A stretch of 64,000 nt of DNA from an uncultured Candidatus Saccharibacteria bacterium (GCA_964387675.1 CAYLWL010000001.1:1099-65098); one strand, 5' to 3'; shown: positions 36,895-46,861, counted from the first letter of the stretch. Numbers and translations are program-made. The notes: a model not told the origin generated them from the letters alone.

Positions 36895-39800
36895 TTATTT
36901 GCCGAGGTTGTCTTCGATAAACCTTTTCATACTCTCTGGAGAAGCGTCAACGGTAATGTTGAAAACGCGCACGAATTTTTCCATCCGTCTTCCGTTCTCT
37001 CGGACCTCTTTTTTTCTCGTGCCAACAGACATTCTTGCCGACTCGCCGTACGCGGGTTGAAAGAAGTTGATGGCTGTGCCGTTCAATTTTTCCGGCCCGA
37101 TTTCCTCTATCACTTTTGATATTTGAGGAAATCGATTTATCACGGCGGCCCTCTCCGAATCGCGGGCAGTAGATAGTATGATTCCCTTTTTCCGATAGGG
37201 ATCGACGAGCTTATTGAATATCTGCTCGGCGCTCTTCGGCTTTTCCGGCGCCGCCGTCGCGGCTTCCGCGGGCCGAGCAACATCGACGTGGACTTCACCC
37301 GCAACCGAAGACGGAGGGGCCTCGGCTCCGGAAACCGGAACACTTTGAGCGGAAACGCCCAAACTCTCCTCTATAAACTTCTTAATTTCTACTTCCGATT
37401 GATTGATATTTATATAAAGCACCTTTTGCGCGGCGTCGTAGTCCATCCGACTGTCATCTAGATATAAATGAATTCCGCTGAATGCCGCGGCTCCGATGCC
37501 GTCAATTGCTCTTTTGATTTTATCGGCCTCCCGAAGCACCGAGCCGCACGTGGGAAACATGGTTTTGCTAATCTGTATACCCCTTGCTCTGTATTCGGCA
37601 AACAAGCGGCTGAGTTCTTTGGAGGCCTCCTCTTCGGCGTTCGCCAAAAGTAGAGCCGACTCCGCGTTGGCTCTAAGAAAAGCAATCATATCCTCCGCCG
37701 AGTCGGTGTGCCTTAAGTATATCCTCCCCCCTCTTTCCGATACCCACGATGGGTTTTCGAGATCCAACGTTATGCTCAACGGGTACCGAAGCTTCTCCGC
37801 TCCAACCGACTTCACAACTTTGTGGAGTTTTTCAACCAATAATTTCTTCTCTTGCGCCGGCATTTCATCGAACTTCAAAAAAAGCGATGATGTTATGTCC
37901 ACTCCATACATCCTTCTAAGATCTCCAAAATCCGCCGGAACTTTGCCTGCTTCTATTGCTTCTATTACTACTTTCTCTCCCCCTGGCGCTCGAGGAGTTT
38001 CCCACGGAACAGTAACCGCGGCTTCGGGAGTTGCTGGTGCTTCTTTTCCGCCACCTTTACTGCGTCTAAGAGCTTTGAGGATAGAAGATTCTCTTTTTTC
38101 GCCGCGCTCGGCTTCTTTTAGCCCCGCCGCAGGAACAGGCCCCGCTTCTTCTGCTTCTTCTGCGACCCTCCCTTTACGTATTTTATAAATCCTCCTTGCA
38201 ATCAGCGCTCCCGCAGCGGCGATACTTGCCGCAAGAATCGCTTTCAAAATCCTGTCTCCATGACGGGCCGCTTTTTCTGCGGCTTCCCTCCGCGTTTCTT
38301 CCGCAACTTGAGCTTGCGCCTCCGCGGCGAGCGCCGCGTTCACTCGCGACACGGCTTCTGCCGCCGCTTCCTTTGCTTCGTGAATGGCGTTGTCGGAAAA
38401 ATTGTTGTCCGCGTTCAAGACCTGATCGAAATGAGTAATTCTTTCAACCGTTTCCGAAGAAAGTTGGTGGCCCGGCTCTTTGATGAGTTCTCCGAGGTGG
38501 CTTATTTTTTCCGGAGTCAGATTCAGGGCCTTGCCAACTGCTTTTGAGACATCTTCTCCGGACAGCTCAAAATGGTCTCCTGCGTGGAAGCCCTTCGCGG
38601 CCGCCTTCGCCACTGTTTTCTGCAGTGTATCCTCAACATAGACCATCTGCTCGGGCGAAAACTCCCCAAAAGCAGACGGGTTGAGTTGGCGCTCGTTCAC
38701 CAAATAATCGTGCGCGATCTTCCGCGCCACGTGCGTCGCGCCCTCTCCTTTTTCCACCACGGCGCCGAATTTCTGCTCCAGGATTTCCGCTTGCGCTTTC
38801 GCGAGAACCCTTTTAGTCGCCGCTCCCGCCGTTTCTGTTTTTCTCGCTAAAACTTCCTGATTCGCGGCGGCTCGCGCCGCGGCGGCCGCTTGCGAAGCTG
38901 CTTGGGTTTTGGCCGCGGCAACTTGCTCGGCGCCGTGGTGGAAGTATGTTGAAAAGTAATCCGCCAAGGCGCCGCCAATCGCGCCACCGACGGCGCCGAC
39001 GGCCGCGCCCCGCAAAATCGCTTTCGCGACTTTCGCTCGGTCAACTTTTTTGTATTCAAAATTTACTTCTTTCAGCGTCTCTCTCGTAAACTCGGGCGGC
39101 ACAAGAGAAATTCCCGCGCGGGCCTTGTCGGACGACTCGAGTATCGCAAGAACTTGATCTCGAGAACCAACCATGCCAATTTCGCCCACCTCCTGCGCCT
39201 CTGCCTCAACCAAGACCCTCATAGCCCGCAATTCTTCTCCAAGAATTTTTATATCTTCCTCTTTGCCGGCAATCCTGGCATCTTTATAGGCCGCTTCCGC
39301 TTTGGCGAGAATCGCCGCTCGCCTTCTAAGCTGATAAGTGTCCGCTTGATGAGGCACCTCTCGAAGTTTCTCGAGAACATTCTCCACGGCAAACTTTCTG
39401 CGGATGCCGCCGCGCTCTTTTATGAGTTCGCGCACGCCGCCCGCGAGCGCGCCGCCGACGGCACCGGCCATGGAGCCCACCACCGCGCCTGCCGCGATGC
39501 CGGCTCCGAAAGTGCCGCCGAAACCCGCTACAATCGCGGCCTTCACCCCCGTTCTCGCGGCCCCGCCGACTCCGCCAACTCCAAGGCCAACCCAAAACTC
39601 GCGGCTTTTCAGGTAATCAGAAATTTTGCCGGCCAAGTTCCGCCTTCCGCTCTCGCTCTGAATTTCCTGAACGATTTCTTCCCGTTCTCGAAGCGGCATA
39701 TCCGTCGGCGCGGCGCCTTCAACAACCGCCCGGGCATCCTCGGGCCTACCAACGAGAGTATCAGCCGCTTCCCTGGCGATTCTTTCTCTTTCCGCCGCCT

Positions 39801-40434
39801 GCTCCACCTCAACCGCTCGCCTCGAAAGGCCAATGAGCTCGGGGTCATCAGATGCTCCGGGCGATCCCGTTGGTCTGTCTTCTCCGGTGGGTTTTCGCGC
39901 TTCCTCGCTTGTAACTCGCGGCGCGACTGGCTCGGCCGTATTTCCAGGCACGCCCTCTTCGAGTCGATCACTTAATTTTCTCATCAAAATAAGCGGGTCT
40001 CCCGTCTCGATTTCTGTTTTGCTAAACCCGTACGCGCTTAACACTCCTTCCATTTCCGATGGAGTAAGGTCTGGGACACCCCCCTTACTCACGGCGGCCA
40101 CCATATCCTCTGCCATCTTTCTCGTCGCAGGAGGAACTTCTTTCCCGGGACTCGGTCTTGCCTCGTCTGCCGTCTTCAATCTATCGTTGATCTCTTCGTC
40201 AATAAGACCTTCCGCGAATATAAGCTCCCGGCGACGAGTTCTTTCCTCCGGTGGCGCGTCAAACATCCATTTGATCCGATCCCAGTCTTCTTCGTCTATT
40301 TCACCTTTCGCCCATAATTTCTGCAGCTGCTTTTTGATATCTTCGCTTGTTTCTCGAGGCCTTATTTCGTTTTCGGGGCCAGCTCCTTCGTGACGAAGGC
40401 CTTTATTTTCTCTGATCATTCCTTTGTCTCCCAT
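36895..40434 (-). CDS. Giant low-complexity protein (Ala/Glu/Arg-rich, with Gly-zipper-like membrane segments)
   Basis: 1179-aa ORF. Contains GFGGTFGAGIAAGAVVGSMAGAVGGALAGG and GAAVGAVGGAIGGALADYF segments. Confidence 0.45.
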   Translation of the reverse strand: MGDKGMIRENKGLRHEGAGPENEIRPRETSEDIKKQLQKLWAKGEIDEEDWDRIKWMFDAPPEERTRRRELIFAEGLIDEEINDRLKTADEARPSPGKEVPPATRKMAEDMVAAVSKGGVPDLTPSEMEGVLSAYGFSKTEIETGDPLILMRKLSDRLEEGVPGNTAEPVAPRVTSEEARKPTGEDRPTGSPGASDDPELIGLSRRAVEVEQAAERERIAREAADTLVGRPEDARAVVEGAAPTDMPLREREEIVQEIQSESGRRNLAGKISDYLKSREFWVGLGVGGVGGAARTGVKAAIVAGFGGTFGAGIAAGAVVGSMAGAVGGALAGGVRELIKERGGIRRKFAVENVLEKLREVPHQADTYQLRRRAAILAKAEAAYKDARIAGKEEDIKILGEELRAMRVLVEAEAQEVGEIGMVGSRDQVLAILESSDKARAGISLVPPEFTRETLKEVNFEYKKVDRAKVAKAILRGAAVGAVGGAIGGALADYFSTYFHHGAEQVAAAKTQAASQAAAAARAAANQEVLARKTETAGAATKRVLAKAQAEILEQKFGAVVEKGEGATHVARKIAHDYLVNERQLNPSAFGEFSPEQMVYVEDTLQKTVAKAAAKGFHAGDHFELSGEDVSKAVGKALNLTPEKISHLGELIKEPGHQLSSETVERITHFDQVLNADNNFSDNAIHEAKEAAAEAVSRVNAALAAEAQAQVAEETRREAAEKAARHGDRILKAILAASIAAAGALIARRIYKIRKGRVAEEAEEAGPVPAAGLKEAERGEKRESSILKALRRSKGGGKEAPATPEAAVTVPWETPRAPGGEKVVIEAIEAGKVPADFGDLRRMYGVDITSSLFLKFDEMPAQEKKLLVEKLHKVVKSVGAEKLRYPLSITLDLENPSWVSERGGRIYLRHTDSAEDMIAFLRANAESALLLANAEEEASKELSRLFAEYRARGIQISKTMFPTCGSVLREADKIKRAIDGIGAAAFSGIHLYLDDSRMDYDAAQKVLYININQSEVEIKKFIEESLGVSAQSVPVSGAEAPPSSVAGEVHVDVARPAEAATAAPEKPKSAEQIFNKLVDPYRKKGIILSTARDSERAAVINRFPQISKVIEEIGPEKLNGTAINFFQPAYGESARMSVGTRKKEVRENGRRMEKFVRVFNITVDASPESMKRFIEDNLGK

Positions 40435-40443
40435 TTCTTTAAT

Positions 40444-42132
40444 TTATGCTCCTTTCGATCTCTTGATATAACGCAACATCCGATCCTTCTCTTCTCCGGA
40501 GATCCTTTTGAGTACGCAGGCCCTCTCCGCTTCTCCGGCTGGATTTGTGTTCGCGAACACGCTTTCTGCAACGGACTTCAGCCGATCCCAATCTTCTCCA
40601 TTTTCTATTTCTCCAGAGGCGTAGCGCAGATCAATATCGTTCATATAACCATTGAGGTCGGGCGCAACTTCTTCTCTTTCTTTCAATCCTGCGACAATTT
40701 CGTCGTAATCAGCCGGACTCAATAAATTTCTGTCTCTGGCATTCTCGAGGGCAAGATCGACGTCTTCCGCGCGCGATATTCTCAAAAGAAGTTCGAGGAT
40801 TTTGCCGTATTCTCTGCTTGTTTCGTATCTCCTCTCTTTTTTTGGTCCGCCGATTTCTCTCCTTAACGAATCGGCGAGGTTTCCAACGTTCCTTAAAAGT
40901 TTTGACGCCCTTTCTCTTTCGGCTTTATTGGTCTGTACTTTTCCGCCGCTCACGATTTCCTCGGTCGTCAAAGTAGGCGGCTCCAGCTGCTTGAGGTACT
41001 CCAAATAATCCCTGTAATGATCTCTCTCTGCGTCTCCTCTCGAAGCAGTTCTTTCCTGTCTCCGAGAATCCTCGATAAACTCGCGCCTCTCTTTCATCTC
41101 TACGACTTTTGCTTCGCGTTCCAAATAGTTAGCAAGGGCATCTTTGCGCGCAACTACTTGCAAGGAAGGAATAAGGCCTACGTCAAATTCTCGGTCTCTT
41201 ATTTTTTCCCAAAGCGATTCTGCTTCTGCCCGAATCTCAACAACCTCCAGCTGTTTTTGCGCAAGTTCCGAAGATGGAACAAAGTCATCTTCTAAGAAGC
41301 GGTCTTCGTCGGCAAATTCTCCCCGCGCTTCTTCTATTGACGTCGTTAACTTTCCCCCGAGACGGCCTTTCGTTGATTTCGTTTGTTTTCCCCTCTCTTC
41401 GATTCTTCCCGACGCGGTCTTTCCTTGCGCTCTTCTCTCGCTCCTGGCCTTCTCTCTTTTTTCTCTTTCGATAGCCCGAACACGACTTAAGCTTGCCTTA
41501 ACGCGCGAGAGAAAGGTGCTTGGCGGTTTGGCCTGAGATTCCGCTACTCTCGTTTCTTCTTGTGCCTCTTGTGTCTCCGCGGTTTCGGTTGTTCCCGGCA
41601 TCGCCGTCTCAACTTCCTCTGGGGGCTGAACCTCGCCGAGTCCTTCGGTTTCTTTTTTTTCAACTTCCACGGGTTCCGCAAGCGGCTCCGCCTCGATTCC
41701 TCCTTCAACTCCCGCCTCGGTTACTTCATTTACTGCCTGCTCTTCTTTTTTCATAACTTCTTCTATTGGGGCAACAGTCGGACCGGCAACCGCCGCTTCG
41801 CGTTCTTTTTGCCACTCCCTCATAATTTCGTGGAAGCGTTCTTCTGTTACCAACCTCTCATCCCTGAACAAGTCGAATACTTCTTTGGCTTCTTTTCGCG
41901 TTTGCGCCTCACGTATCATATTTTCCAAAGATCTTCGATTCTGTTCGGCGGCCTCACGCCTTTGTTCCGTGGTTATTTCTGTTGGTGAAATATTTTTCGC
42001 GCCGCCCGGCTGCTTTTTTTTCGCGGCATCTTTCGCCGCTCTTTTCAACTCACGTTGCCGCTCTTTACTTGGCGATCCGGCCTGATCCCTAGGTTGCTCT
42101 ATACTTTTGTTGTTCTCTGGTGATTTGCTCAT
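40444..42132 (-). CDS. Large charged hypothetical protein (Glu/Arg/Lys-rich)
   Basis: 562-aa ORF with a coiled-coil-like composition. Confidence 0.4.
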   Translation of the reverse strand: MSKSPENNKSIEQPRDQAGSPSKERQRELKRAAKDAAKKKQPGGAKNISPTEITTEQRREAAEQNRRSLENMIREAQTRKEAKEVFDLFRDERLVTEERFHEIMREWQKEREAAVAGPTVAPIEEVMKKEEQAVNEVTEAGVEGGIEAEPLAEPVEVEKKETEGLGEVQPPEEVETAMPGTTETAETQEAQEETRVAESQAKPPSTFLSRVKASLSRVRAIEREKREKARSERRAQGKTASGRIEERGKQTKSTKGRLGGKLTTSIEEARGEFADEDRFLEDDFVPSSELAQKQLEVVEIRAEAESLWEKIRDREFDVGLIPSLQVVARKDALANYLEREAKVVEMKERREFIEDSRRQERTASRGDAERDHYRDYLEYLKQLEPPTLTTEEIVSGGKVQTNKAERERASKLLRNVGNLADSLRREIGGPKKERRYETSREYGKILELLLRISRAEDVDLALENARDRNLLSPADYDEIVAGLKEREEVAPDLNGYMNDIDLRYASGEIENGEDWDRLKSVAESVFANTNPAGEAERACVLKRISGEEKDRMLRYIKRSKGA

Positions 42133-42139
42133 GTTTTTA

Positions 42140-43261
42140 TTAGCCCAGTAGTATGCGCGCTATTTTTTCGAGCCGTTGCGCTTTCCGTATAAGCTTGCCG
42201 TGATCTCTATCGTCGCGAGGAATGTCTGAAGCATTCTCTCGGTAAACCCTGGCGTCTCTCATGGCAACCCGGCCCATCACCATGGCTTCTTCTCTGTCCA
42301 TTTCTCTCGCAACCCGCGTAATCCTTTCTTCGAAGGCCGATTCGTCAAGCTCGCCGGCGTCGTATTCTCTTCCAAGTTCTTCGAGCCGAAGTTCCGGAGC
42401 TTGCTGTCGCGCTTCCTGCTCGGCTTTTACCTCTAATTGTCTGGAGTGCAAACTTAATATTTTTCTAATTGATGGTATTGCCGCAGGAAGTTCCGCGCCG
42501 CTCCTTTCACCGGGCACGCCGCGAACACCCTCCCAAAGACCTTCTATCTCGCCTTGCGTCTCCCGCGATTCTCTTTCGGCTTCCTCGGGCGTCGCGGGAC
42601 GGACTCCGCCCAGCACAGACATTTCTTCTTCAAAAGCTCTTTCTTTCTTTGCTTCCGGTTTCAGGTAATCTCTTCTGAATTCCGCGAAGAGCGCGTTCCA
42701 CACGGCTTCATTCCGCGTACTCCACAAGTCCTCCATTATTTCTCCGTCCGCTTTTTCCGCCGCTGCCACGCGCGCAATTTCCTCCGGCGTTTTCGCTCTT
42801 CCTTTGAGAGAAGCGAGTTTTTGTTTCAATGCTTTGTGAACTTCAAATAAAAGGTTGGCGAGGCCAGTCCTTTTGTGGCTTGCGGTTTGGAAATCCGTAA
42901 GCGCTATGATGTCTCTTGCGCCGCGAGCAGTATCAAGAGAATGCTTGCCGAACAAAGCCCACAGAAGCGTCCAATCTGCCTCGTCCAAGTCCTCCCCGAT
43001 GATTGCGTCTTTCAGCATTTGGCTGCGCGTGATCCAAAAATCTCTATCCGGAAGCAAGCGATGAACCTTATCTCTTATTTCACCGGCTTCCGCTCTCGAG
43101 ATCGTCTTACCTCCATCCCGAAGAGCGAGTATTTGAGTGCTCACCGTATCCAAAAAACCAAGCCAGCGCTCTTGGCGCAACTCCCTTTGCCGAAAGTCAA
43201 CTTGCGCTTGACCCTCTTCGCCGCCTGCTTGTTGGATTTTTCCTTCGTTTCTATTAGTCAT
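42140..43261 (-). CDS. Hypothetical charged protein
   Basis: 373-aa ORF, Glu/Arg-rich. Confidence 0.4.
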   Translation of the reverse strand: MTNRNEGKIQQAGGEEGQAQVDFRQRELRQERWLGFLDTVSTQILALRDGGKTISRAEAGEIRDKVHRLLPDRDFWITRSQMLKDAIIGEDLDEADWTLLWALFGKHSLDTARGARDIIALTDFQTASHKRTGLANLLFEVHKALKQKLASLKGRAKTPEEIARVAAAEKADGEIMEDLWSTRNEAVWNALFAEFRRDYLKPEAKKERAFEEEMSVLGGVRPATPEEAERESRETQGEIEGLWEGVRGVPGERSGAELPAAIPSIRKILSLHSRQLEVKAEQEARQQAPELRLEELGREYDAGELDESAFEERITRVAREMDREEAMVMGRVAMRDARVYRENASDIPRDDRDHGKLIRKAQRLEKIARILLG

Positions 43262-43476
43262 TGTTGTATATTATATTCTTTAATTTTAGCATAATACCAG
43301 TAAGAAGTCAAGTCCTCGATTTGTGCCTCTTAGGCCTAAATATAGATATAAAGTAACATAAAAAATACTAAATTAAAAGAAGTGCCCGGGCTGGGAGTCG
43401 AGTTGGACCGTGAAGTCCTTCTCTGTCCCAGCGCCGGGCTGGTTGCTCCGCGTTGCGCGGAGCGCTGACTGGAGGA

Positions 43477-44841
43477 TCAGCTCAGGCTGACGAGCCCGAG
43501 CTCGACGGCGCGGGCGACCGCCTTCGGCCGGTCGTACCGCTTCGCCACTTCGTGGGCGGAGACGATCGACTTGGCCATCTCCTGGCCACCGTCGGCCAGG
43601 TTCCTGATTTCCGCGTACATCGCGGCGAGGCGCTCGTCGGTGAGCCCCTCGATGAAGGTCAGGATCTCCATCGACTTCGTCCGACCGTTGCCGGCCACCG
43701 CGGGCTTCGTGGCGGGCGCCACGGTCTTCGTCGTGGGTGCCGCAACCGGCGTGGCCGCCGTCTTGACCTTCGGAGTGATGGACTTGACCTCAACGGCGGG
43801 AGCCGCCGGGGTCAGCTTCGCGAGCTCGGTCTCGAGCTGGGAGATCTCAGCCTTGGACGCCTTGAGCGCGTCGCCATCCTCGGCTTCCAACGCCTTGGCC
43901 TTGCGGGCCTTGGCCTCGGTGAGCCGGATATTGAGCGCCACGCGCGGGTCGGGCCTGCTGGCCTCCGCGAGCTTCGCGAGCTCGGCCTCGATCTGGGAGA
44001 TCTCGGCCTTGGACGCCTTGAGCGCGTCGCCATCCTCGGCTTCCAACGCCTTGGCCTTGCGGGCCTTGGCCTCGGTGAGCCGAGAGTTGAGCGTCGCCTT
44101 CTGGTCGGCGGGCTTGGCGGGCGCCTTGCCCTGCTGGCTCTTCGGCGCGGCCGTCGCCTCGAACTCCTTGCGGAGCTCGGCGCCGACCGTTACGTTCTTC
44201 CTTTCGAACCAGCCGAGGAGCTTCTCGAAGCTCTGCCTGTCCCACGTCCTCGTCTTCGAGGCTTTCGCCTTCGAATCCGAGTCCGCGAGCCGCTGCTTCA
44301 AGCGCGCCAAGAACCCCGTCGCCGCCTCGCCGCTGGCCTGCTCTTTCGGTTCCGTCGCGCCGACCGGCTTGCGGAACTTTTTGAGCCCCGCACGCAGGAG
44401 CGCCTCGACGCTCTCCTGGTTGAACCGATCGATCGGATGGCCCGACGTCCTGCCGAGCTTCTTCGCCGCCCGGAGAAGCTCCAGGCGACCCTTGCCCGAC
44501 AGGTAGAGAATAACGTAGTTGCCCACGTTCTTCTCCTCGTCACCGACCATGTCGATGAAGGAGTCTGTCAGGTACAACATGTCGAGCTCCCCCTGAAGGG
44601 GACCCCTGTCCTCCTCCGGGATGGCCGCCATGCTCTTGCTGAGCGCGTCGACTGCGCCCCACATGGCCTTCTCTCTCGCCGAGAGCTCCTCCGATTGAGG
44701 AACTCCTTCCGGTCCGCGCGCGGCCCTGATCGCCAAAAGCTCGACAGCGATTCTGCCTGCCTCCGCCACGATGTCTCCGTGCTTCTCCACCATCGCCTGA
44801 TGCTCGTTCGCCATGACTGTCCTCCAAATGCCCCACGCCAT
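43477..44841 (-). CDS. Coiled-coil protein with an internal 40-aa tandem duplication, inside the high-GC island
   Basis: LNSRLTEAKARKAKALEAEDGDALKASKAEISQIEAELAKL occurs twice. The nucleotide repeat is at about 43830-43910 and 43950-44030. The plus-strand overlapping ORF is an R/G/L-rich artefact. Confidence 0.45.
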   Translation of the reverse strand: MAWGIWRTVMANEHQAMVEKHGDIVAEAGRIAVELLAIRAARGPEGVPQSEELSAREKAMWGAVDALSKSMAAIPEEDRGPLQGELDMLYLTDSFIDMVGDEEKNVGNYVILYLSGKGRLELLRAAKKLGRTSGHPIDRFNQESVEALLRAGLKKFRKPVGATEPKEQASGEAATGFLARLKQRLADSDSKAKASKTRTWDRQSFEKLLGWFERKNVTVGAELRKEFEATAAPKSQQGKAPAKPADQKATLNSRLTEAKARKAKALEAEDGDALKASKAEISQIEAELAKLAEASRPDPRVALNIRLTEAKARKAKALEAEDGDALKASKAEISQLETELAKLTPAAPAVEVKSITPKVKTAATPVAAPTTKTVAPATKPAVAGNGRTKSMEILTFIEGLTDERLAAMYAEIRNLADGGQEMAKSIVSAHEVAKRYDRPKAVARAVELGLVSLS

Positions 44842-44942
44842 GCGCGGAGCTTTTCACGTGTTTTCGATTCGGGGCCTTACCCCGACACAGGCGGCCCCGA
44901 AGGAGTCACCTGATTATTGCTGACTCAATACTAGCAAACTAT

Positions 44943-44971
44943 TTGACTTTTGTCAAGGGGGGGTATATAAT
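44943..44971 (+). promoter_or_regulatory. Sigma70-like promoter (TTGACT-17-TATAAT)
   Basis: ttgacttttgtcaagggggggtatataat read directly. Confidence 0.55.
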
Positions 44972-44999
44972 TGAGCTAGTTTATTAAAAACCCGTTTCG

Positions 45000-45089
45000 G
45001 GACCAAGAATCTGCGGCGCACATTTTACAATTAGCCGAGAACCTATCTGGGTTCTCTGTGTCGCGGATTCTTGGTCCTGAAGAAGGAGG
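45000..45089 (+). promoter_or_regulatory. Structured 5' leader of the MBL-fold gene
   Basis: A 12-bp stem ggaccaagaatc/gattcttggtcc encloses the hairpin gagaacctatctgggttctc. The SD aggagg lies 4 nt before the GTG. Confidence 0.5.
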
Positions 45090-45093
45090 AAAA

Positions 45094-46689
45094 GTGACCA
45101 ACGAACCGTTCCTTGTTGAAGAGTTGCTGATTGTGCTCGGAGGCAGCGCCGATCCCGAAAGGTTCGGGTCTGCGTTTTATCTCTACCGAAGAATTTATAG
45201 TGACGGCAGTTCAAAGAATGTTGTCTTTGACTGTGGCGCCGAGCTTTACGATGACGTCGAGAATGACGCAACCGGCAAAGAAGTCAAAGTGAAAAGAGTC
45301 CGTGGCGGCAATTTTGACTACCTCAAAGAAAACAATATCACTGTTCACGCGGTGGTCATCAGCCACGGGCATCTCGACCACGTCGGCATGGTGGCGAAAC
45401 TCAAGCGCTACCTCGCGCCAGGCGCATTGATCTGGGCGTCGCCGCAAACGCATGACATCTTTCACGACCTCTGCTGGGAAACGCTGAAGTTCAGCCCCGG
45501 CACGTTCACGTATTTTGAGGTCCTTGACGTCACAAGCAAGAGACGGCGCGCGATCCTTGTGCCGGGTGAAAACGAAATTCTCCCGGGGCTCATAATCTTT
45601 GCCGGCCCGAACGGACACGTTCCCGGTTCGGCATTCTTTATTGTGGGCAACGCGCTCCTTTTGAACGATTTCTGCATTCACGACCAGCCGGTTGTGACCG
45701 GCGCCCGACCTTTCTCGCAATGCGTGCCGGAAGAGTGGCGGCGAAAAGTGAAGAAGGTGCCTGTCACCGACCTCACTTATGGCAACGCTTCCCGGAAAAA
45801 CTGGGTGGAACAGCTTATCCTCTTTGAAGCGTGGATTGACGGAATTCACGCCCGTGGAGGCAAAGCGATCGTCCCGGCTTTCCGCTTCGGCCGCGAACAG
45901 AACTTGGCTCTTGAGCTTGCCCGTGACGGATTCGAGGTCGTCGTAGACGGCGGCGGCCGCAGCACGTTCTTGAGCTTCCTTCGACATCGCTGGTCTCCGA
46001 ACGATCAAAACGACTTCTCGTTTAAGAACATCAGCTTTGTCTACAGCAAGCGCGTGATGCACGAACTTGAGGATGAAGCTGCCGCGGCCGAGGCCTGCGG
46101 GAAGATCGGCCTTGCCGGAGAATTGCGGCAGTTGTCTCTACGCTTGATTACACGCGACGAACTCGCGTCATCAACCAGACCTGTTGTTATTTTGACGACA
46201 GCAGGTATGGGCGATGGGGGTCCGTTCGGCTACTACGCACAGCGTTCTCTTGGTAACCCTAAAGATGGAATTGCCCGCGTGGGTTTCTGCTCGCCCGGCA
46301 CAACCATGGACAGAATCATCAAGGCCAAGAAAAGCGGTGAGCGAGTCATAATCCCGGTGGATGACGAGATTGATGACTTGGGAAATGCCGTCAACTTCGC
46401 CGAGTTTAGCGTGGAGTGTGATGTGGGAGAATTCAGCTTCTCCGCTCACGGCGACCTCGAGGACTCGGCGGCATATCTCGCCGACCTCGTTGCGGCGAAC
46501 GGCATGAAGTTTGAACTCATCGGTCTCGCGCACGGCTCCCGGGAGAGCAAAGAAAATGGGCGCAGACGCTTCGCGGACCTGGTTGAGAGTAAAACGGGTC
46601 TCGTGGACTGCGAACCCAATACGGTTATCCGCTTGTATTGTTTGCAAAAAAACGAGGCGTCCTCCCGGGGACGCCATTTTTATTTTTAA
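45094..46689 (+). CDS. Metallo-beta-lactamase-fold hydrolase (beta-CASP/RNase J-like)
   Basis: The MBL motif HxHxDH appears as VISHGHLDHVG. Likely start is the GTG at 45094, which follows a perfect SD. Confidence 0.55.
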   Translation: MTNEPFLVEELLIVLGGSADPERFGSAFYLYRRIYSDGSSKNVVFDCGAELYDDVENDATGKEVKVKRVRGGNFDYLKENNITVHAVVISHGHLDHVGMVAKLKRYLAPGALIWASPQTHDIFHDLCWETLKFSPGTFTYFEVLDVTSKRRRAILVPGENEILPGLIIFAGPNGHVPGSAFFIVGNALLLNDFCIHDQPVVTGARPFSQCVPEEWRRKVKKVPVTDLTYGNASRKNWVEQLILFEAWIDGIHARGGKAIVPAFRFGREQNLALELARDGFEVVVDGGGRSTFLSFLRHRWSPNDQNDFSFKNISFVYSKRVMHELEDEAAAAEACGKIGLAGELRQLSLRLITRDELASSTRPVVILTTAGMGDGGPFGYYAQRSLGNPKDGIARVGFCSPGTTMDRIIKAKKSGERVIIPVDDEIDDLGNAVNFAEFSVECDVGEFSFSAHGDLEDSAAYLADLVAANGMKFELIGLAHGSRESKENGRRRFADLVESKTGLVDCEPNTVIRLYCLQKNEASSRGRHFYF

Positions 46690-46853
46690 GAGCCTATCTG
46701 GAAACCCTCTTTCGTCGCAACATGCCGAGATTTTCGAGCGAAAGGCGCGAAGCCCGACGAAGGCGTAGCCATAGCTACGTCGAGGAGGAATGAGCGGCTT
46801 GCAGCCGAAAAGATCGGCGTGCTTGCAGAATACGGGGTTTCCAGATAGGCTCT
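46689..46853. repeat. Structured element R3: a 19-bp perfect long-range stem enclosing about 125 nt
   Basis: agagcctatctggaaaccc ... gggtttccagataggctct. The interior resembles R2 (gagcgaaagg..cgaagc...gagcgg...ccgaaaag). Confidence 0.6.
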
Positions 46854-46861
46854 AAATGTTT

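Noticed and set aside
43453-44913. 486-aa plus-strand ORF (Arg/Gly/Leu-rich) in the high-GC island
   Set aside because: It is antisense to a better ORF with a real repeat structure. Its composition is typical of spurious reading frames in GC-rich DNA.
45058-45093. The start at 45058 from the ORF track for the MBL-fold gene
   Set aside because: That start would place the leader stem and the SD inside the coding sequence. The GTG at 45094 is in the same frame and lies 4 nt after a perfect AGGAGG.
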